Source: Vicinamibacterales bacterium
GTDB taxonomy: Bacteria > Acidobacteriota > Vicinamibacteria > Vicinamibacterales > CAVVIG01
Assembly: GCA_050250175.1 (NCBI GenBank)
Contig: JBFWPD010000001.1
Coordinates: 1-30,388, forward strand
DNA: 30,388 nucleotides
Reading direction: 5' to 3'
Shown: in pieces, positions 25,323-30,388 of the stretch
How positions within the stretch are numbered: the first letter of the stretch is position 1
Layout: the number at the start of each line of letters is the position of its first letter
Notes under the pieces: model-generated
Seen by the model: the letters and a program-made list of their open reading frames with translations, nothing else
Told to the model about the DNA's origin: nothing
Databases searched by the model: none
Position numbers and translations under genes: made by a program

Positions 25323-26837
25323 ATGAGCCGTACAACGACCTTCGAACGCGTCCTGATCGCGAACCGCGGCGAGATTGCCGTTCGAATCGCCCGGGCCTGT
25401 CGCGAGGCAGGGATCGAGAGCGTTGCCGTCTATTCCGACGCCGACGCCGGTTCACCACATGTGCTCGCGTCAGACCGCGCGATTCGTATCGGACCCGCCC
25501 CCGCAACCGAGAGCTATCTGTCGATTCCGGCAATTCTCGCCGCGGCCGCATCGACGGGCGCAGAGGCGATTCATCCAGGCTATGGATTTCTCTCGCAGAA
25601 CGCCGCATTCGCCCGGGCATGCGAGCAGGCGGGCGTGACCTTCATCGGACCACCCGCCAGCGTCCTCGACAGGATGGGTTCGAAGATCGAAGCGCGTCGC
25701 CTCATGACGTCGTCCGGCGTGCCGGTCGTGCCGGGCGAGATTCCGGAGGATCAGTCAGACGCTGGAGTCGCCGGCGCCCTCGAACGTGTGGGTCTTCCTG
25801 CCTTCGTCAAGGCGTCAGCAGGCGGCGGAGGCAAAGGGCTGCGCATCGTGAGAACGATGGACGCCGCCGCGGAAGAAATCCGTGCGGCCCGCCGGGAGGC
25901 GCTCGCGGCGTTCGCCGACGGCTCGCTGTTCGTCGAGCGGCTGATCGATCGTCCGAAGCACATCGAAGTCCAGGTGATGGCCGACGCACACGGCAACGTC
26001 GTCCATCTCTTCGAACGCGAGTGCTCGATTCAGCGGCGCCATCAGAAGGTCATCGAAGAGAGCCCATCCCCCTCTATCGGACCCGGCCTGCGCGCCCGCC
26101 TCGCCGCGGCGGCGGTGGCTGCAGCACGCGCGGCGGGTTACCGGAATGCCGGCACCGTGGAATTCCTGGTGGACCAAGCAAGTGACGGGTCGGACGACGC
26201 GCCGCTCTACTTCCTGGAGATGAATACCCGGCTCCAGGTCGAACACGGCGTGACCGAACTTGTGTGCGGCGTGGATCTCGTGCGTGCACAGCTCGCGGTG
26301 GCCGCTGGGCAGCCGCTGCCGTGGGGTCAGGACGACATCGCTCAGCGCGGCCATGCGATCCAGGCGCGTCTCTACGCCGAGGACCCCGCGAAAGGATTCC
26401 TTCCGCAAGCCGGTCCCGTACTGCTCTGCCGGGAACCCCACGCACCCGGTATCCGAATCGACTCGGGAATCGCCGAGGGGCAGGTCATCACGCCGCACTA
26501 CGATCCGCTGCTCGCCAAGGTCATGGCCTGGGCCGAGAACCGGACCGCGGCGATCGCGCGGCTCTCACAGGCGCTCCGTCAGTATCCGGTGCTCGGGCTC
26601 ACCACCAACGGACCCTTTCTTCTTCGCGTCCTCGAAGACGGGGACTTCACGACGGGGAACGTGCACACCGGCTGGCTCGACGCGCGCCAGGACCTGCTCC
26701 GCGACACCAATCCGCCAGAACTTCCGTCTTCAGTGCTGGCCGCGGTCGGAGCGCTCGAAGAAGACACCGGGACGTCACCTCGAGGCACTGACTCTCCGGC
26801 CGACCCATGGGCGACGTTGAGGAGCTGGCGTGGCTGA
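25323..26837 (+). CDS. Biotin carboxylase subunit of acyl-CoA carboxylase (MCC alpha, BC domain only)
   Basis: ANRGEIA, KASAGGGGKG, ERECSIQRRHQK, FLEMNTRLQVEH, HYDPLLAK; no biotinyl domain in this ORF. Confidence 0.9.
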   Translation: MSRTTTFERVLIANRGEIAVRIARACREAGIESVAVYSDADAGSPHVLASDRAIRIGPAPATESYLSIPAILAAAASTGAEAIHPGYGFLSQNAAFARACEQAGVTFIGPPASVLDRMGSKIEARRLMTSSGVPVVPGEIPEDQSDAGVAGALERVGLPAFVKASAGGGGKGLRIVRTMDAAAEEIRAARREALAAFADGSLFVERLIDRPKHIEVQVMADAHGNVVHLFERECSIQRRHQKVIEESPSPSIGPGLRARLAAAAVAAARAAGYRNAGTVEFLVDQASDGSDDAPLYFLEMNTRLQVEHGVTELVCGVDLVRAQLAVAAGQPLPWGQDDIAQRGHAIQARLYAEDPAKGFLPQAGPVLLCREPHAPGIRIDSGIAEGQVITPHYDPLLAKVMAWAENRTAAIARLSQALRQYPVLGLTTNGPFLLRVLEDGDFTTGNVHTGWLDARQDLLRDTNPPELPSSVLAAVGALEEDTGTSPRGTDSPADPWATLRSWRG

Positions 26838-27222
26838 CGGCGTCACGCGTGTCGGCAACGGCGTGTACCGTGTTCAGTCCGATGGCCTGGCCGTCCTGGT
26901 CTACGTCGCAGGCACTGCCGGGAACTGGTGGGCGTTCTCTGACGGCCGTGTGTTCCGCTCTGCTCCGCCATTGGATCGCACTCCGCAGAAGCGCGCCGGC
27001 AGCGCAGCGGCTACGAGCCTCACTGCGCCGATGCCTGCCACCGTCGTCGCTGTGAATGCCACGGTGAACGGCCGCGTTCGCAAGGGCGATGTCCTCGTGG
27101 TCCTCGACGCGATGAAGATGGAGATGCCGGTGCGTGCTGATGCGGACGGCATCGTGAAGGCCGTGCACTGCAAGCCGGGAGAGTTGGTGCAGGCGGACGC
27201 GGTCCTCGTCGAGCTCGAGTAA
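26830..27222 (+). CDS. Biotin carboxyl carrier protein
   Basis: LTAPMPATV, biotinylation motif DAMKM, C-terminal GELVQADAVLVELE. Confidence 0.88.
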   Translation: MADGVTRVGNGVYRVQSDGLAVLVYVAGTAGNWWAFSDGRVFRSAPPLDRTPQKRAGSAAATSLTAPMPATVVAVNATVNGRVRKGDVLVVLDAMKMEMPVRADADGIVKAVHCKPGELVQADAVLVELE

Positions 27223-27239
27223 AGCGAGCTCGAGGCACT

Positions 27240-28751
27240 TTACTTCAGCTGCTGGAGCAGCAGGAGCGCTCGGTCCGCGAATCGCTCATCACCCGTCACC
27301 CGCGCTGCATGGAGGCGGGCCGTTTCCACGTCGCCCAGATTGACCGCTGCGACAGCCAGATTGAACGACGACTGCGCCCGCAATCGACCGTTGATCAGGA
27401 GCTGCTGCTCTCGATGCGCAGCGACAAGCCCCCGGCCGCTCATCGCCAGAAGCCGCGCGATGGCAGCGCGCAGATCTTCGTCATGTCGGTCGAGACAGCC
27501 AAGGGCATCCGTCAGCACCGAAGCGGCATCACTCCAGCTTCGCAGATCCAGGTGGACGCCACCGAGCAGCACCGCAGTTTCGCAATCGTCCGGATTGCGC
27601 GTCCGCGCCAGGATGAACTCCTCATGCGCTCGACCGTAGTCGCCGCGGCGGGTCGCCAGCATGCCGGTCAGCTTCGGAACCTCGGCGTTGAAGATCAGGG
27701 TCGCGGCCTTCTCGATGTCCGCCCATGCCTCTTCGTTCTGATTCAGTTGTGCCGCATTCCACGCGCGCCAGTAGTACGCGTTGCCGGTGTGCCAGTTGCC
27801 AGCGAGCAGCCGGTCCGCACCGTCGAGTGCCGCCACGTACTTGCCCCCGTAACTCAAAGCGCGTACACGTCCAAGCTCGGCGTCCGGGTTGCCGGGGACC
27901 AGCGTCAGCGTTTCTTCATAGAACGCGGCTGCGCGGTCGAAATCCTCCGCGGTCATTGCCACATTCGCCACGGCAAACATTGCAGCGGGCCAGTCGCGAC
28001 GCCAGGCGAGCGCGCGCTGAAGATTGCGGTCCGCCGCCTCCAGGTCGCCGTTCAGTGTCGCAGCAACCCCCAGGAAGTACTCGATCTCAGCGAAGCGAGG
28101 ATCTGCCTCGAGGAGTGCCGAGAGCGCACGGTCGTCTATCGGTGGACACGTCGCTGTCGTGAACAGGACCAGAGGAGTGTCGTCGAACCTCGTCACCCGA
28201 TCGGTCGGCCGATCCGGGCCAACTCGCGGCACAGGATACGTGCAGGCGAACACGAGAGCCGTCACTGCCGCCAACGCGTGCTGGTCTCGTTCCTCGGCCA
28301 GCTGCGCTGTCCAGGTCTCCTGATTCTCCTTCGCAGTCCTCATCGCTTCCAGATCCGCCTCGCTGCCGAGACGTCGCACGCCGACCGATCGGCGTGGAAG
28401 CGTGGCGATGGCGTCCCAGAGAAGCGAGTCGCCTGCATTTGCTCCGTCCAGGGCCGCCGCCAGATGCCCCTGCTCGACCAACCCAAGCTCCCGTTCGCGG
28501 ATCGCCAGCAGGCCGGCCGTCCGACGCGCACCGGCCTCTGCAGCTGCACTCTCGTGCGCAACGGCGAGTCGCCGATATTCCGCGAGCGCCTCGGTCAGGC
28601 AGTCGTAGCATCCATCTCGAACGAGTGCGTCCGCAGCCGCCATCTCCCGCGCAATAGCAGGAACGAGCGCTGATGGCATCTGAACTGGCTGCCGACGGAC
28701 GGAGCAGCCGGCCGATACGATCAGCAGGGCAAGGGTCGCGATCGCTCTCAT
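27240..28751 (-). CDS. TPR-repeat protein, probable lipoprotein
   Basis: ATG 28751 with GAGG upstream gives MRAIATLALLIVSAGC (lipobox-like SAG-C). Repeated Ala-rich helical motifs (EYFLGVAATLNGDLEAADRNLQRAL; AYYWRAWNAAQLNQNEEAWADIEKA). Start uncertain (track gives 28832). Confidence 0.7.
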   Translation of the reverse strand: MRAIATLALLIVSAGCSVRRQPVQMPSALVPAIAREMAAADALVRDGCYDCLTEALAEYRRLAVAHESAAAEAGARRTAGLLAIRERELGLVEQGHLAAALDGANAGDSLLWDAIATLPRRSVGVRRLGSEADLEAMRTAKENQETWTAQLAEERDQHALAAVTALVFACTYPVPRVGPDRPTDRVTRFDDTPLVLFTTATCPPIDDRALSALLEADPRFAEIEYFLGVAATLNGDLEAADRNLQRALAWRRDWPAAMFAVANVAMTAEDFDRAAAFYEETLTLVPGNPDAELGRVRALSYGGKYVAALDGADRLLAGNWHTGNAYYWRAWNAAQLNQNEEAWADIEKAATLIFNAEVPKLTGMLATRRGDYGRAHEEFILARTRNPDDCETAVLLGGVHLDLRSWSDAASVLTDALGCLDRHDEDLRAAIARLLAMSGRGLVAAHREQQLLINGRLRAQSSFNLAVAAVNLGDVETARLHAARVTGDERFADRALLLLQQLK

Positions 28752-28871
28752 CCACGCCTCAACAACGCATCCCGGGGGACCTACGCCGTACAGAGAGGCC
28801 GCCAGCAGGTGCATGCTGACGAGCCTTCTCACAGGATGTCAAGGATCAACAGGTATCAGACAAAGCCGGGC

Positions 28872-28877
28872 TAAAGT
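28872..28877 (+). promoter_or_regulatory. -10 element immediately upstream of the HMG-CoA lyase start
   Basis: TAAAGT, N6, ATG 28884; no SD. Confidence 0.45.
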
Positions 28878-28883
28878 GATCGC

Positions 28884-29807
28884 ATGAGGCTGCACGAGCT
28901 CCGAGGGCGGGCGGTTACGGTGGTCGAAGTTGGTCCGCGCGACGGGCTCCAGAACGAGGCGGTCCAGGTCTCGACCGCCGACAAGATCGCCTTCGTCAAT
29001 CACCTGAGCGCCGCCGGCTTCCAGGTCATCGAAGTCTCCGCCTTCGTCAGTCCGCGATGGGTGCCTCAGATGGCGGACGCCGCGGAAGTGTTTGTGGGCA
29101 TTACGCGGCGGCCCGGCACTCGCTACTCGGCGCTCGTGCCCAATGTCGCCGGACTGCAGCGCGCGATCGAGGCGGGAGCCACAGAGGTCGCGATCTTCGC
29201 GGCCGCAAGCGATACCTTCAGCCGGAAGAACATCAACCAGGACGTTGACGCCTCGCTCGTCACGTACCGCGACGTCTGTGCCAACGCTCTGGCTGCCGGA
29301 CTCCGTGTGCGTGGATATCTGTCGACGGCCTTTGGCTGCCCGTACGAAGGTCACGTCGCGCCGTCCCGCGTCGTCAGCCTGACGTCGCGCCTGCTCGAGA
29401 TGGGCGTTTTCGAGGTCGCCATCAGCGACACGATCGGGATTGCCCATCCCGGTCAGGTTCAGGAAGTCGTCGGCGCGGTGCTGGCGGCAACCGATCCCGG
29501 CCGGATCGCCTTGCACTTCCACGACACGCGCGGAACCGCACTCGCGAACGTGCTCGCGGGGCTCTCCCTCGGAATCAGCACATTCGACTCTTCGACGGGG
29601 GGCCTGGGCGGCTGTCCGTACGCACCAGGAGCGTCAGGCAACCTGGCCACTGACGACCTGATCTATATGCTGGACGGGCTTGGTGTGGTGACGGGAGTGT
29701 CGTTGCCCGAGGTGACGAAGGCGTCGGCATTCATTGCCGGACGCCTCGACCATGGCCTGCGGTCCCGGTACGCGCAGGCCATCCTGGCCGGACAGAAGAC
29801 TAGCTGA
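28884..29807 (+). CDS. liuE: Hydroxymethylglutaryl-CoA lyase
   Basis: EVGPRDGLQNE, HFHDTRG and GLGGCPYAPGASGN motifs. Confidence 0.93.
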   Translation: MRLHELRGRAVTVVEVGPRDGLQNEAVQVSTADKIAFVNHLSAAGFQVIEVSAFVSPRWVPQMADAAEVFVGITRRPGTRYSALVPNVAGLQRAIEAGATEVAIFAAASDTFSRKNINQDVDASLVTYRDVCANALAAGLRVRGYLSTAFGCPYEGHVAPSRVVSLTSRLLEMGVFEVAISDTIGIAHPGQVQEVVGAVLAATDPGRIALHFHDTRGTALANVLAGLSLGISTFDSSTGGLGGCPYAPGASGNLATDDLIYMLDGLGVVTGVSLPEVTKASAFIAGRLDHGLRSRYAQAILAGQKTS

Positions 29808-30165
29808 CGGGAGTTGCTGCTGGCGCGACCGGCTCGACTTCGCCGGACTCGATGAGGCGCTTCACGACCTCTTCGAACGGCACCATGTTGATGGCATCGT
29901 AATCCTGCGGGCAGCCGAACTCACGCTGCTGCGGAGCCGTCGGATTTCCCATCGTCACGCAAAGGCCGCAGCCGATGCAGAGATCGGCGCGCACCGCACA
30001 CACCATCCGGCCGTCGAGATCCGGCACTTCGACGATGCAACCGGCTACTGGGCAGGCTGCCTGGCAAATCGAGCACGCAAACGCACCGAAGCAGCGATCG
30101 GGATCGATGACGGCGATCGTCTTCGGCGCCTTCTTGCGAGGCCCGGACATCATCTTGGTCCACAT
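29800..30165 (-). CDS. Ferredoxin-like 2x[4Fe-4S] protein with atypical Cys spacing
   Basis: CFGAFACSICQAACP and CIGCGLC...GCP, preceded by AVIDPDRC. Confidence 0.8.
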   Translation of the reverse strand: MWTKMMSGPRKKAPKTIAVIDPDRCFGAFACSICQAACPVAGCIVEVPDLDGRMVCAVRADLCIGCGLCVTMGNPTAPQQREFGCPQDYDAINMVPFEEVVKRLIESGEVEPVAPAATPVS

Positions 30166-30172
30166 GCCGGGA

Positions 30173-30178
30173 ATTATA
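30173..30178 (-). promoter_or_regulatory. Consensus -10 box upstream of the ferredoxin
   Basis: Perfect TATAAT, N7, ATG 30165; no SD. Confidence 0.6.
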
Positions 30179-30194
30179 GCGCAGAGCCCGGGCG

Positions 30195-30388
30195 CTACTG
30201 CAGGATGTGGCCTGCGGCGGGGACGCCGGCTTCGGGCATGCCGGCATAGAGCGATGCCGTATCTTCGTAGATCTGGCCGTTTGCGTTGGTCGCGAAGAAA
30301 CGTGTGACGGTCGGCTCGACGGGGTCCGCGCCCGCCTTGAACGCCCGTCCCGCTTCACCCAGTGCGAGGCCGTTGCAGCTTGGCGGTG
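30195..30388 (-). CDS. C-terminal end of an unidentified protein (truncated by the right edge)
   Basis: Not in the track. Open frame PPSCNGLALGEAGRAFKAGADPVEPTVTRFFATNANGQIYEDTASLYAGMPEAGVPAAGHILQ*, stop at 30195-30197; protein-like composition. Confidence 0.55.
   Translation of the reverse strand, partial: PPSCNGLALGEAGRAFKAGADPVEPTVTRFFATNANGQIYEDTASLYAGMPEAGVPAAGHILQ

Noticed and set aside
1-30388. tRNA, rRNA, transposase, integrase, prophage or defence genes
   Set aside because: None recognisable: intergenic gaps are short or repeat-filled, and all long genes have housekeeping or metabolic motifs.

Overview
GC-rich bacterial chromosomal window of core genes. Gene content and order suggest Acidobacteriota, possibly Vicinamibacterales (inference, not verified). 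From the left: der 5' end divergent from an HU/IHF gene and a site-2 protease; a minus-strand run ugd-galE-msbA-like-yicC-gmk-rpoZ-coaBC-udg-priA divergent from three glycosyltransferases; a dihaem cytochrome c; a small hypothetical gene; a yyaL-like gene divergent from pfpI; yihY/ytxH-like genes; an orphan sigma54 response regulator; a leucine-catabolism (liu/MCC) cluster interrupted by an antisense TPR lipoprotein gene; an atypical 2x[4Fe-4S] ferredoxin; and a truncated 3' ORF. I found no rRNA, tRNA, CRISPR array, transposase or integrase. The main unexplained signal is non-coding: five intergenic gaps are filled by short tandem-repeat arrays of four different 6-9 nt unit types (CACGAA, GGCTTCR, GGGAATT, ATCTGGTA) that abut start or stop codons. 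Three form inverted-arm hairpin elements, and the two CACGAA elements, 18 kb apart and both between convergent genes, share an identical 16-mer. A second window-wide pattern is -10-like boxes placed 6-8 nt before many start codons, suggesting leaderless mRNAs.
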